DNA of 64,000 bases from Myxococcota bacterium (GTDB lineage: Bacteria > Myxococcota_A > UBA796 > GCA-2862545): assembly GCA_039208735.1 (NCBI GenBank), contig JBCCQY010000010.1, forward strand, positions 34,039 through 98,038, written 5' to 3'. Positions 28,112-38,595 of the stretch are shown here, in pieces. The notes under the pieces were generated by a model. The model did no database searches and was not told where the DNA came from. It was given only the letters and a program-made list of their open reading frames with translations. Positions within the stretch are counted from its first letter, which is position 1. Every line of letters starts with the position of its first letter. The translations under genes and the position numbers were made by a program.

Positions 28112-31100
28112 CTACCCCTCGGGCGACGTCCAATTGCGCTGGAACGAAAACCGGAACGTCGATCCGATGCCCACCTCGGATTCAACGCTCAGATCACCCC
28201 CCAATTGTTCAGCCAAGCGCTTTGCGATCGACAGGCCAATGCCCGCTCCACCACCGGTCGAGGAAAGGCGAACGAACGGCACGAACAGCATCTCCAGACG
28301 ATCCTTGGCGATGCCTACCCCATCGTCCGCCACGGTCACGAAGACCGTGTGCGCATCGGCATGGACGCAAAGCCGCACCGTCCGACCTTGGCTGTGCTGA
28401 ATCGCATTCATGAGCAGGTTGGTACAAACCTGGCGAACCCGTCGATGATCCGTCTTGGCGGTGCCCAACCCTTCAGGCACTTCAACATCGAAGCGGGCCC
28501 CCACGTCGAGAACCGCAGGACGGGTGATGGCAAGGATCTCGTCGAAGACCACGTCCAACGGCTGCTCGACAACGTTGAGATCGAGACGACCCGCTTCGAT
28601 CCTAGAGATGTCGAGCACATCGTCGATGAGGCCGAGCAGGTGCCGACCCGCAGACAAGATCCGCCCCAAGTCGACCTGCGCGTCTTCTTCAAAGACATCT
28701 TCGAGAACCAACTCGGTGTAGCCAATGATCGCGTTGAGCGGTGTGCGCAGCTCGTGGCTCATCGAAGCGAGGAACCGGTCTTTGGCCGCACTCGCCTCCC
28801 GTGCCGCCGCGATGGCCCGAATCTGCTGGGCTTCCGCCGCAAGTCGCGGGGTGAGATCCGCAAGGGCATACACCATCCGGGGCTGGCCCTCGGGGGTCTG
28901 CACGCGCGCGCGATTGACGTGGACGGGCACCGACCACCGTTGTCCCGGCACCCGCAGTTGGTATTCATCGGCGAGCCCGTCTTCGAGGCGTTCGAGGCAC
29001 GCTGAGAAGTTCGTCGGCAGCGCCGCGCGCTCGCCATGGGCCAACAACGTCACCGCGGCATCGTTCGTATCGACCGTCGTGCCGTCCTCGCCCGCCACCA
29101 CGACGGGTGCGGGGACCGAGCGAAGCAGCGCATTGGCAAACCGATGGGCTCCTTCGGCATCGGCCACCCGCTCTTCGAGTTGCTCGGCCAGCTGCGCGTT
29201 GCGCACCGCCACCGCGGCATGCGCAGCCAAGCTCCGGGTCAAGGACGCCGCCTCGCGCAGTTTGCCGCCGGGAAGGCCCTGGCTGTCCAGATACAACGCC
29301 CCAACGACGACATCGTCGACCACCAGTGGCATGCACATCGCCGCCCGCAGGTTCATCGCCACAACGCTGGCATTGCCACGCAGGTCGCCTCGCTCTTCCA
29401 GGTCGGACGCCACCACCTCCCGACCCGACTGCAGGACGCGGCGAACGATCGACATGGAAGGTGGGCTTGCGAGCCCCCGCCCCGCACGCGCCACGATGTT
29501 GACCTCCTGGCCGTCCGCCAACACCACCAACGCACGGTCCACCTCGACGAGATCGACGGCTGCATGGGCGAGATCTTCGAGGACTTGGCCAAGCGACGCT
29601 TGCATCGCAACCCGAACCGCCACCGTGGTGAGTCGTTCGAGATCCGACAACGTGCGATCGGGACGCGCACGCTCGAGGATCGATCGGGCCCACTCGAGGA
29701 GCGGGGGACGAACAAACTCCTCGGCGTAGTGAACCACCGCTTCCGCCTCGGCCACGGCGCGGTCCGGCTGCCCAGCGGCCACCCACGCTTCCGAAATCCA
29801 CAACCGAGCAATTGCGAGTTCGCCGGTAGCGCCGAGTTCTCGGAGTTGGGCCAACGCCCGTGAGGCGGGCTCGTCGACCGCGTCAAACCGACCGGCCCGC
29901 GCTTCGGCCAGGGCGCGCATCGCCCACACCCGGGCCACCTCGTCCTTCGCTTCGACGGCGGTGGTCAGGGTCTCCGCTTCGTCCAGCCGCGCCTCCCAGT
30001 CTCGATCGCCTCGCAACCCCGCAAGCTCACACCGCCGACGCGACAACTCCACGATCTCGGAACTCGGTCCGGATCCAGGCTCCTCCAACCCTTCAGCGAG
30101 CCTCTGCGCTTCGTCGTAGCGCTCCTCCGCCTGGTCGAGCTTGCGCTGCCACAGGTAGACGTCCCCCAAGTTGCCAAGCACCATGGCTTGCAGACCCACG
30201 GCCTTGGTTTGCCGAGCCCACTCGACCGCCGCCTCTCCGATCGTCTCGGCCCGTGCCCAACGACCGAGTTCTCGGTAGCCCTGGCAAAGGTTCACACGAG
30301 ACGTCGCAGCATCACGGGGTGCCCCAATCCGCTCGAACGCGTGCAGCGCGCGCTCCCAGCACGCCACCGCCATCACGATGTCGCCCACCGAGTACCAGCC
30401 GAGCCCTGCGTTGTTCTCGAGGCGCGCCCGATCGACCAAGGGGAGGGCCCTACGGAAGGTGGCCGCGCGCTCCATCGCCGCGGCCGCACGCCCTGGATCA
30501 CCAGCGTGCCAGAGCAGTCGCCCCCGGTCGCCCTCGATCAGGGCCTTTTCTCGAGTCTGAGCCCCCAGTTCGGCCGGAATCTCATCGAGCACCGCCAACC
30601 CGGCTTTGGCTCCTTGGGTCTGTTCACGGACCTGCGACAGCAACCGCTTGGCACGCAGCCAGGCGTCGACCTCATCGGCTTCCGGAGGGGCGGCACATAC
30701 GGCGAGACAATCGTCTTCGGCTGCGGCGAAGTCTCCCGCGATGAGACTCGCCTGGGCCCGAGCTAAGCGGACGTTCGATGACAACGCTCCCGGACCCGAC
30801 GCCGCCACCGCCTTGCGAATCCAGCTGAGACGGGCCTCGAGGTCATCAACAACCCCCTCCACCTCAGCAAGAGCAATGAGGATGGGGACATCCTGAACCG
30901 TAGGTGCCCGTTCCCCCAGATGGTCGAAGCAGGCCTGTCGGGCTTCGTCGATCTGGCCTGCTTGAAGAAGCGCTTTGCTCCGCGACACGGCGAGTTCAGG
31001 GGTGGGATGCCGGGTCCAAAGGGCGGTGGCCACTTCAAGAGCCCGGTCGATGTCGCGCTGGGCCATAGCCGAGATGCAGACCGGACCATGTTCCTCGATG

Positions 31101-32881
31101 ATCGCGGTGTCTTCGGTTGCCGCGAGCAAGGGGCCTAGCCGCGCGTAGGGTACGGGCTGGCGGGCCAACCAAGCGGTGAGCAGCCGAGCGGCAGGGTCGC
31201 GGCATCGTTCGGGAGACCCGACGAGGGCCGTCGTGGCTGCCGCACCGGTGCATTGCAGCGATGCGCTTCCCCGAACCAACCCCGCATTGATCAACAGCGA
31301 GAGTGCTTCGTCATCCGCTTCCGCGGCCGACAGCGCTTCAGAGCGGTCGACCACTCCCGCCAAGGCGACCAACCCGCCCAAGCGTCTCGCGGCTGCCGGC
31401 AGGGCTTCGAGGGAGGGTAGCGCCCCTGCCACCCAGGTGCTGGCGTGATGGTCAAGCGCCTCGGGAACCACCACCCACGACCGCCGACGCCACACTAGGG
31501 CATCCGCATCCACCGCGGCCACCATGAAGGCCACCGCATCGCGAGGGGAGCCTTCTGCCGCCTCGATCGTAGCCTCGACGAAGGAAGGGGCCACCGGCCC
31601 GAGGATCCCGTGTACCAGCGTCTCGATGTCGTCAGGCGAAAACGGATCGAGGGCGCACGCCTGCACGCCCTCCGGCGCCTCATCCGTGGTGAGCACGATG
31701 GCGACATCGTGTTGGGTCAACACCTCGAGGGTGGCCGCCGTGCCTGGGTCAAGCGCCTCCGCATCGTCCACCAACAGGACAAGACGCGTGCCCGCCCTTG
31801 CGATGAGGGCTTCCGCCGCCGTCTCGGCCCGAGTGATGTCGTCCGCCGCCGTTGGGAGATCGACGGGAGCCCCGGGCAAAGAGGGGTCGGCGAGCGCCGA
31901 CTCGATGCCGCTCCAGGGTTCTTCGGACGCATAGAGGGTCGCGTAGGGGACTCCGCGGGCGAGGAGCTCGTTGACGATCCGGGCCAGCTGGTGGCTCCGG
32001 CCCGCGCCTCGGGGCCCCACGAGAGCCAACGGTTGGCCATCCGCCAACCAGTGGTCCACGGCCTGCTCAACCGCAGGACGGGCCACGAACACGGTTCGTG
32101 CCTGGCGAGCCACCTCGTCAGCCGTGCGGACAGGCAGCGCCACTCCGTGCGCTTCGCACGCATCGGCCAACGCGGCCGCCGTCGGTCGACGCGTTGGATC
32201 GGGATGCAGCGCAGACCCCACCAACTCGCCCAACCAGGCGGGAGCACTCCCTTCGGGCAAACGAGGCACCTCGGGCTCGGACCGAACCGAAAAGGGCGCG
32301 TCGTCGGGCCAGGGAAAGACCCCGGCCAGGATCTCCCATGCGACGAGCCCCCACGCATAGACGTCCGCAGGGGGTTTAGCCCCGGTGCCCGGCCGCTCCG
32401 GCGCCGCATAGCGAGGGGTCCCTCCGGTACCCCCCGCCAAACCAAAGTCGATCACCGTCACGCGGCCGGACTCCGCGTCGAACATCACGTTGTCGGGCTT
32501 GATATCGCCGTGCGCAACGCCCGCATCGTGGCACGCCGCCAGACCATCTGCGAGTCGGGCCAACGCGGTGGTCGCAAGCCCAAATTCGAGACGCTCCCCG
32601 AGCGGCCGCCCTGGTGCGAGCCCCATCACCAAGTAGGGACAAGGCTCCGTTCCCGCTCCCAGCGCTGGAACCACCGCGGGGTGGTGGATCTTGGCGAGGG
32701 CCCGGATCTCATTCCCGGGAGGTGCGGACAGCAGCTTGACCACGGCGAGGTGGCCAGCCGCATCGCGGGCCAGCCACGCAGATCCGAAACCGCCTTCTCC
32801 GAGGCAGCGCTCCAGTTGCCAATGACCGAAGCGCGCACCTGCAGAAACCGACGGGGTGGATTCGGGCTCCAGGATGGTCAT
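28112..32881 (-). CDS. Hybrid Ser/Thr kinase - P-loop (STAND/AAA-like) - TPR - GAF - PAS-like - histidine kinase
   Basis: LGEGGFG, VVK, HGDIKPDN, DFG, TPRYAAPE; GPRGAGRS and LLVDDAE; TPRs (NNAGLGWY, GNLGDVY); GAF (CMPL...GALYLD); MSHELRTPLNAI, NLLMNA, DDGVGI, GAGIGL. Confidence 0.9.
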   Translation of the reverse strand: MTILEPESTPSVSAGARFGHWQLERCLGEGGFGSAWLARDAAGHLAVVKLLSAPPGNEIRALAKIHHPAVVPALGAGTEPCPYLVMGLAPGRPLGERLEFGLATTALARLADGLAACHDAGVAHGDIKPDNVMFDAESGRVTVIDFGLAGGTGGTPRYAAPERPGTGAKPPADVYAWGLVAWEILAGVFPWPDDAPFSVRSEPEVPRLPEGSAPAWLGELVGSALHPDPTRRPTAAALADACEAHGVALPVRTADEVARQARTVFVARPAVEQAVDHWLADGQPLALVGPRGAGRSHQLARIVNELLARGVPYATLYASEEPWSGIESALADPSLPGAPVDLPTAADDITRAETAAEALIARAGTRLVLLVDDAEALDPGTAATLEVLTQHDVAIVLTTDEAPEGVQACALDPFSPDDIETLVHGILGPVAPSFVEATIEAAEGSPRDAVAFMVAAVDADALVWRRRSWVVVPEALDHHASTWVAGALPSLEALPAAARRLGGLVALAGVVDRSEALSAAEADDEALSLLINAGLVRGSASLQCTGAAATTALVGSPERCRDPAARLLTAWLARQPVPYARLGPLLAATEDTAIIEEHGPVCISAMAQRDIDRALEVATALWTRHPTPELAVSRSKALLQAGQIDEARQACFDHLGERAPTVQDVPILIALAEVEGVVDDLEARLSWIRKAVAASGPGALSSNVRLARAQASLIAGDFAAAEDDCLAVCAAPPEADEVDAWLRAKRLLSQVREQTQGAKAGLAVLDEIPAELGAQTREKALIEGDRGRLLWHAGDPGRAAAAMERAATFRRALPLVDRARLENNAGLGWYSVGDIVMAVACWERALHAFERIGAPRDAATSRVNLCQGYRELGRWARAETIGEAAVEWARQTKAVGLQAMVLGNLGDVYLWQRKLDQAEERYDEAQRLAEGLEEPGSGPSSEIVELSRRRCELAGLRGDRDWEARLDEAETLTTAVEAKDEVARVWAMRALAEARAGRFDAVDEPASRALAQLRELGATGELAIARLWISEAWVAAGQPDRAVAEAEAVVHYAEEFVRPPLLEWARSILERARPDRTLSDLERLTTVAVRVAMQASLGQVLEDLAHAAVDLVEVDRALVVLADGQEVNIVARAGRGLASPPSMSIVRRVLQSGREVVASDLEERGDLRGNASVVAMNLRAAMCMPLVVDDVVVGALYLDSQGLPGGKLREAASLTRSLAAHAAVAVRNAQLAEQLEERVADAEGAHRFANALLRSVPAPVVVAGEDGTTVDTNDAAVTLLAHGERAALPTNFSACLERLEDGLADEYQLRVPGQRWSVPVHVNRARVQTPEGQPRMVYALADLTPRLAAEAQQIRAIAAAREASAAKDRFLASMSHELRTPLNAIIGYTELVLEDVFEEDAQVDLGRILSAGRHLLGLIDDVLDISRIEAGRLDLNVVEQPLDVVFDEILAITRPAVLDVGARFDVEVPEGLGTAKTDHRRVRQVCTNLLMNAIQHSQGRTVRLCVHADAHTVFVTVADDGVGIAKDRLEMLFVPFVRLSSTGGGAGIGLSIAKRLAEQLGGDLSVESEVGIGSTFRFSFQRNWTSPEG

Positions 32882-32924
32882 GGGGGACCTATCGGTCCTG
32901 GGAAGCGGAACCTGCGGGACGAGG

Positions 32925-33476
32925 TCAGCTCCAGATGCGGAACAAGCGCTCGCGACGGTCGGAGGTCCAGGTGTAGAGCGCCAAGGGACGAAGTTGAAGC
33001 TCCGCGCCCAACGTCGGTAATGCGAGCCCCCACGCGACTGCACGCTCCCGTTGCGCATCGGTCGCCCGCCGGGTGGCACGGGCCAAGGTGCAGTGGGGCA
33101 GCGGAGGGCGCGGATCGGACGACTTACCCGCCAGGTTCAGCCACCGGTTTCGCCACGTCGCAATCACTTGTGAAAGGGGTTCATTTCCATCATCGAGTAG
33201 TGCACTAAAACTCGAAGGCCGTTTCGGGTTTCCAAGCGCCTTGACGGACCCGAACGTGGCTCGATCGATGGGTCCTGCGACCTGACGGGCTGACGCAAAC
33301 GCTTCTTCGGCCGCGGCTTGCCCACAAGAGCCCAAAAAGGCAGCCGTGATGTGGCGATCCTCCGGGTGAAAGACCCGTACCGCAGGCGGCGCCGTCGGCA
33401 TGGCAAACCGCTCGTCTACAACGACGGGCCAAGCGATAAACCAGTTCGGTTGGATGAGACCTCCAAAGCGGAGCAA
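32925..33476 (-). CDS. 2H phosphoesterase (RNA 2',3'-cyclic phosphodiesterase / 2'-5' RNA ligase family)
   Basis: N-terminal WFIAWP; two HxT motifs (RHITAAFLG, PHCTLAR). Confidence 0.8.
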   Translation of the reverse strand: MLRFGGLIQPNWFIAWPVVVDERFAMPTAPPAVRVFHPEDRHITAAFLGSCGQAAAEEAFASARQVAGPIDRATFGSVKALGNPKRPSSFSALLDDGNEPLSQVIATWRNRWLNLAGKSSDPRPPLPHCTLARATRRATDAQRERAVAWGLALPTLGAELQLRPLALYTWTSDRRERLFRIWS

Positions 33477-33590
33477 GAACCTAACAGATAGTAAACATTG
33501 CTCGCCTCACATTTCCAAGCACATGGACGAGGTGGGTGCTAGCGTCGAGATGGAAGTGACCAACCCGACCCGTTTTGCAGGAGGTCCGTC

Positions 33591-35609
33591 GTGAAGTCCA
33601 TTGCGCTCACGAGCGTGCTGCCCGTTGTTTTCTTGGGGCTTACGGCCTGTCCCGCCCCCGAACCCGACCCGCCCCCTGGGGTCCCACCCGTCGTTGAGCC
33701 CACCGGTGAAACCGGCACCGATACGGGCACTCCGCCGCCACCGCCTCCCTACGACCCCAACGGCCCCATCACCGACACCTGCGCGGCCGCCTCCGCACTG
33801 TTCCAGGCCCTCGACCTCAACGGGGCTCGGACGGAGTATGAAGCCTGCATCGCGGCCGACGCGGACAATGGCGGTGCCTACATCGGCCTTGCCATGACGG
33901 AGCTGCTGCTCTTGTCCGACCGCACGTCGTTTGTGGACGCCCTCGGTCGTTGCGGCCAGCCCTCGAACCTCGCCGACCGTTTCTACGGGGCGAACGGCGA
34001 ATTGAAGCAGCTCGGGGCCGAATACGGTGGAACGTCGACCATCGACGTTGACTTCCTCGACGAGAATGGCCGCACCGACCTGCCCGCCTTCGACGACCCC
34101 CGCATCGTCCTAAGCCAGATCCAACGTCGCCGATCGGGAGGCTACTACTACGCCTACACCGGCACCGACGAGCCTGGCTACGGCGAACTCCGCGACACGC
34201 TCGTCGTCGAAATCGCAGGCTCGTTCTCTTATGTGAACGAAGTTCGGTTCGAACTCGACGTGGAAGACGTCTACGGCGACGGCAGCAACGTGGCGCTGGC
34301 CCCTGGTCTCGAGATTTCGATCGCCAACCTGCAGCGGCCGGTCACGGTCTACACCGCCTGTGGCGAACCCGGCAGCACGTGCAATGGCTGGTACCAGTCC
34401 ACGCACCCGCAGCAGGGCACGATTCGTGTAAACCAGTTCGGCACGGAGGATGGTGACACCATCGAGCTCGAAGTGGACGTCGAGATCCCTTCAGCTTGTG
34501 CCAACGGCTACTGCAACCACTACTTCGCGCTGGACGGGGTCGTCACCGACACCCTCACGGGCGACTTCGACACCTCGTGGCTGCCCTTCACCGACGTGCA
34601 GACCTCGTGTGACGACCAGAACTGCGACGACCGCACCGCACCCTACACCGTCGGGGCCGACCTCTGTACGGTTCGCGACCACCTGGAACTCAACGAGATC
34701 GCCATCGGCGTGGCGGACGACCTAGAAGCGGTGGGCGATGCGTTCGCCGCCGCGGCCGACAAGGCCGGTCGCCACGAGGCACGCTTCGACGAGGTGTTCT
34801 TCATCGGCAAGCCGTTGCCCTTCGGCGCGGGCGAGATGCGTGCATTCGCCAGCTTCCTGCATGCTGCTGCCGCATCGGCGCGCCTGGCGAGCGGCTACAA
34901 CCTGATGGAGCCGACCGCCGTACCTACCGATCTCACGAACATCTACACGGCCGACTCCTTCCAGTTCGGCGACGACCCCGAGTTCACGTCGACCGAGTAC
35001 GAATACGAGTACGGCCAGTGCGTCGAAACCGAGTTTTACGGCCTCTCCGTGGCGGAAGCAGGTCAGCAGCTGAGCACCAACCTCTTCTCGATCTCGTCGG
35101 TGGCTGACTTCCCGGCTGCCCGCCAGGGCATGCTCGAAGCCTTCACGGAACTCCGGGAAGCCATCGCCTCGGCGACCGGCGAAACCGAGCTGTACGACTT
35201 TGCGTACGCGACCGGGTGGGCCGTTGACGTGCTGTTCGACCTCGACACCATCATCAATTCGCTGCAGGGGACGGACGGTACCCTGCCTTCGGCGGCCGGT
35301 TGGAACGTGACCCTCGATGCGTTCTTTACGAACCCGACGGACCGTACGGTGCTGATCAACAACTCCTACTCAGGTACCGTGGTGGGCCTGGTCGACTCCT
35401 CCTGTGAAGACGAGCTGTTCTTCGATGAGGACGCCGCAGATTGGCTCGTATCCAATGGGTTCGGCGCCATGGAGATTCCGAACTCCGCCATCAACGGCAA
35501 TGGCCCCTATCCGGTGCTGCTCGATGGGTACCGCTACGAGGAACTCGAGAACCCGCAGACGGGCGAGCCCTCGGTCATCATGGAACCGCTCCTCGAGTTG
35601 TTCCGCTAA
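33591..35609 (+). CDS. Large acidic Cys-rich lipoprotein
   Basis: GTG after GGAGGT; lipobox LTAC; Pro linker; TPR-like helix pair; many Cys. Confidence 0.8.
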   Translation: MKSIALTSVLPVVFLGLTACPAPEPDPPPGVPPVVEPTGETGTDTGTPPPPPPYDPNGPITDTCAAASALFQALDLNGARTEYEACIAADADNGGAYIGLAMTELLLLSDRTSFVDALGRCGQPSNLADRFYGANGELKQLGAEYGGTSTIDVDFLDENGRTDLPAFDDPRIVLSQIQRRRSGGYYYAYTGTDEPGYGELRDTLVVEIAGSFSYVNEVRFELDVEDVYGDGSNVALAPGLEISIANLQRPVTVYTACGEPGSTCNGWYQSTHPQQGTIRVNQFGTEDGDTIELEVDVEIPSACANGYCNHYFALDGVVTDTLTGDFDTSWLPFTDVQTSCDDQNCDDRTAPYTVGADLCTVRDHLELNEIAIGVADDLEAVGDAFAAAADKAGRHEARFDEVFFIGKPLPFGAGEMRAFASFLHAAAASARLASGYNLMEPTAVPTDLTNIYTADSFQFGDDPEFTSTEYEYEYGQCVETEFYGLSVAEAGQQLSTNLFSISSVADFPAARQGMLEAFTELREAIASATGETELYDFAYATGWAVDVLFDLDTIINSLQGTDGTLPSAAGWNVTLDAFFTNPTDRTVLINNSYSGTVVGLVDSSCEDELFFDEDAADWLVSNGFGAMEIPNSAINGNGPYPVLLDGYRYEELENPQTGEPSVIMEPLLELFR

Positions 35610-37563
35610 GCCACCACAGCGCGGTGACGACGCCATTGAGCATGACGGCCCCAGCGAGAACGGGCCCCGTTTGAGCGAGTGTCGTCACCTCTGAGGTGCC
35701 CAGCAAGGCCAGTCCCACCACGATGAGGGACTGGCCAACGACGACGGGAGGCCCACTCGACTCCCCGCGGGCCATCACGAGGTGAATCCAGGGATCGAGG
35801 GCCACACCAATCGCCACCGACAATGCAAACAAGTTGGCGTGTGACAAAGGCACCATGGTCACCGCAAGGCCCGCGAGAACCGCGAGCCCCGTCACCCCCA
35901 CGAGGGGAAGGGCGACGAGTGCCGCCGTCCGCCGGGTGAGCAACACGAGGCAGATCAGGGCGACGCCCCCGGCCAGGCCAAAGACGGCCCCGGCATCCCG
36001 AGGCAGGCCCGCCCGCGTCTGCACCACGAGCGGCGGATACCCCTCGAACGTGAGCGTTGCATGCCCTGCGGCAGTCCGTGACAAGGCTTCGAGCAGGTCG
36101 CTCCACTGGCTCGCTCCCACGTGATGCAACCGCAGGTGCATCGTCCAGGTCTCGCCGTCGTCGAGTTCAAGCGCGGTCAGCTCCTTTGACGCCTCCCGCG
36201 CGCGGTCCCGGACCCGTTGGTAGCGCCGCGTTCGCCCCGGCCCCCGAGCCCCCGGCCGGCCCGCGAGTTGCTCGATGGTTCGACGGCCCGCCTTCCCCGT
36301 GATGAGCACCGCGTCGGCAAACGACACCACACTGCCCACCGCCGGGTGATTCACCGCTGCGCGCTGTAGGGCCACCAAGCTAAGAAACGCGTCTGGATCA
36401 TCGGTTTGGCCCCCGAGCGGCCGAACGTGCACCCGCAACGGGTGAAGACCGCCAAGCGCCGCGTCGTTTTCGGTGTGGCGGACGGAGATCGGATGATCCG
36501 CCGGCAGATCATTGCCCGGGATCAGATCGACCTGCAGCCCCGAGGCAAGCGCGCCAAGGACCACCAAGAGGCCCACCGTTCCCCACCGAGCCACCCCGGC
36601 CGACACCGCAGGCATCGGGCCCACAAGCAGCGTCCGAGGTCGCGGAGCAAGCCAAGGGAACCGAAGGAGAATCGCGGCCGGAAGCCCCACTCCGGTCACG
36701 AGCACCAAGGCCATGCCCAGGGCTCCCCACATGCCGAAGCGATGCAACAACGTCGAGTCGGTCACCAACAATGCAAGGAGGCCCACTCCCGTGGTTACGG
36801 ACGTCCAGGTGCAGGCCCGAGCGACGGTGATGAGCGTGCGCCAAGGGTCGGGTCCGGGTTCCGCAAGACGCCAGGCCACGTGGATGGCATCGGTCAACCC
36901 GAGCACTGCGATCAGGGGGATGAGCGCCAACATGGGCCCCCCGAGGGGAACGCCAGCCCACCCGACCAATCCGAGAAACCACACTACACCGACGGCCACG
37001 GCCCCAATCGGAACCAGCGCGGCATAAGGCCGGCGCCATAGCACCGTCAGAATCCCAAAGAAGGTGAGGGCCACCACGGCCAGCGACCAGGCCACGGCGG
37101 ACGAAACCAGTTTTCGATGGGCCTCGTCGAGAACCGGAAGCCCCAGCAAAGCCCCATTGTGAGCCGCGGCGGCCGCCTCTAGGGATTTGACCGTGGCCGG
37201 GTCCGATCGGGTCAACGTAGTGCGCAGCACCGCCGGCCGGGCATCGGCTTGACCCCACATGGCGGTGGCCATCTGCTCCGCCACGAAGGGAGCCAGGCCC
37301 TCCGGGACCGCCAAGGCCTCCACCTGATCGACGCCGGCTACGGCCGCAACCTGCTTGCGGGCTTCCTCGACCACGTCAGGGCGCGCCGGATCGGGCAAGG
37401 CCACGAGCAAGGACGGGGCCAGCGCCGTTCCACCCGAAGATTGGGCGTAAAGAGCCAACAGGTCCAGGCGGGTCTCGAGTCGCGGAATGCCGAAGAGGAG
37501 CACCGACGTCACGAGCGCGCAGACGAGAAGAACCGCAGTCGAAAACCGCGACGATTCGAGCAC
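35578..37563 (-). CDS. MMPL/RND-family transporter (short, divergent)
   Basis: Two repeats of TM + soluble loop + multiple TMs; VLGLTDAIH, WTSVTTGVG, GVALDPWIH. Confidence 0.75.
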   Translation of the reverse strand: MLESSRFSTAVLLVCALVTSVLLFGIPRLETRLDLLALYAQSSGGTALAPSLLVALPDPARPDVVEEARKQVAAVAGVDQVEALAVPEGLAPFVAEQMATAMWGQADARPAVLRTTLTRSDPATVKSLEAAAAAHNGALLGLPVLDEAHRKLVSSAVAWSLAVVALTFFGILTVLWRRPYAALVPIGAVAVGVVWFLGLVGWAGVPLGGPMLALIPLIAVLGLTDAIHVAWRLAEPGPDPWRTLITVARACTWTSVTTGVGLLALLVTDSTLLHRFGMWGALGMALVLVTGVGLPAAILLRFPWLAPRPRTLLVGPMPAVSAGVARWGTVGLLVVLGALASGLQVDLIPGNDLPADHPISVRHTENDAALGGLHPLRVHVRPLGGQTDDPDAFLSLVALQRAAVNHPAVGSVVSFADAVLITGKAGRRTIEQLAGRPGARGPGRTRRYQRVRDRAREASKELTALELDDGETWTMHLRLHHVGASQWSDLLEALSRTAAGHATLTFEGYPPLVVQTRAGLPRDAGAVFGLAGGVALICLVLLTRRTAALVALPLVGVTGLAVLAGLAVTMVPLSHANLFALSVAIGVALDPWIHLVMARGESSGPPVVVGQSLIVVGLALLGTSEVTTLAQTGPVLAGAVMLNGVVTALWWLSGTTRGAVP

Positions 37564-37606
37564 GAGGCCCTCCTGGAGCCTCCCCTCGCGCGCGTCTGGC
37601 GAGCCG

Positions 37607-38524
37607 TCAATAGGCGGCGGCGAGTTCCGTGACTGCGCGCGCGTACAACGTGCTTCGATTGTAGCGGGTGATCACGTAGAAGTTGCGCAGTCCCACTCGG
37701 TACTCGACGCCCTCGGGCATCTCGAATGCAAAGAGCTTGGCGCGCGCATGCGGATCCGCATCCTGATCGAGGGTCACTCCGCTGCGCAACAGGGCCCCCA
37801 CGGTGGTGTCGAGCTTCAGGCCTTTCCGCACCTTGGCGGCGGCCTTGGGCGCTCGCTGCGCCCCGATGAGGATGGGCTCGCCCTTCAGCCAGCCATGCAG
37901 GGCGAGGTACCGGGCCACGCTACCGATGGCATCGGCGGGGCTGCCAAACAGGTCGGTCTTACCATCCTCATCGAAGTCCACGGCATAATCGAGGTAGCTA
38001 CTCGGAATGAACTGCCCCATGCCCATGGCCCCTGCATAGGAGCCTTTGGGGTCGGTCAGCGTCCATCCTTCGCGCTTCGCGAGGAAGAGGAAGTGGCCAA
38101 GTTCCTTGCGAAAGAACGGCCCTCGACGTTCGTGAAAAAAGCCCAGCGTGAACAACGCAGTGGCGATGCTGTCTGCGCCCATGTTTCCGCCATAGCTGGT
38201 TTCAACACCCAAAATGGCGCAAACAACCTCCCGGGGAACCCCATAGGTCCGCTCGGCTCGAATGAACAGATCCTCGTGTTTGGCGAGAAAGGCACGTCCC
38301 CCATCGATGCGGTCCTCGGTCAGAAACAACGGGCCGTATTCGTGCCAGGGCTTCGCTTCCCATGGCGTCGCCAGGCGTTCAAGGACCGATTCATCGCGCT
38401 CGAGCGTCGCCAACTGGGCCTCGACCTCGGTCGTGGGCTGCTCGGCGGTCTTGGCAACCTCGCCCACAAACTTCGGATCGAGCGAAGCCCCATGGGCAAC
38501 CAACAGGCACAGCAACGCGATCAT
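37607..38524 (-). CDS. mltB: Lytic murein transglycosylase B family
   Basis: YGVPREVVCAILGVETSYG, GSYAGAMGMGQFIPSSY, EF-hand DFDEDGKTDL, NFYVITRYNRS. Confidence 0.92.
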   Translation of the reverse strand: MIALLCLLVAHGASLDPKFVGEVAKTAEQPTTEVEAQLATLERDESVLERLATPWEAKPWHEYGPLFLTEDRIDGGRAFLAKHEDLFIRAERTYGVPREVVCAILGVETSYGGNMGADSIATALFTLGFFHERRGPFFRKELGHFLFLAKREGWTLTDPKGSYAGAMGMGQFIPSSYLDYAVDFDEDGKTDLFGSPADAIGSVARYLALHGWLKGEPILIGAQRAPKAAAKVRKGLKLDTTVGALLRSGVTLDQDADPHARAKLFAFEMPEGVEYRVGLRNFYVITRYNRSTLYARAVTELAAAY

Positions 38525-38595
38525 GGTGTTCTCCCTGCGGCTCCGTATCCATTCGGCGCGCAGATTTCGCTTCGGTAGGGTCGCAGCAGCCGCGG

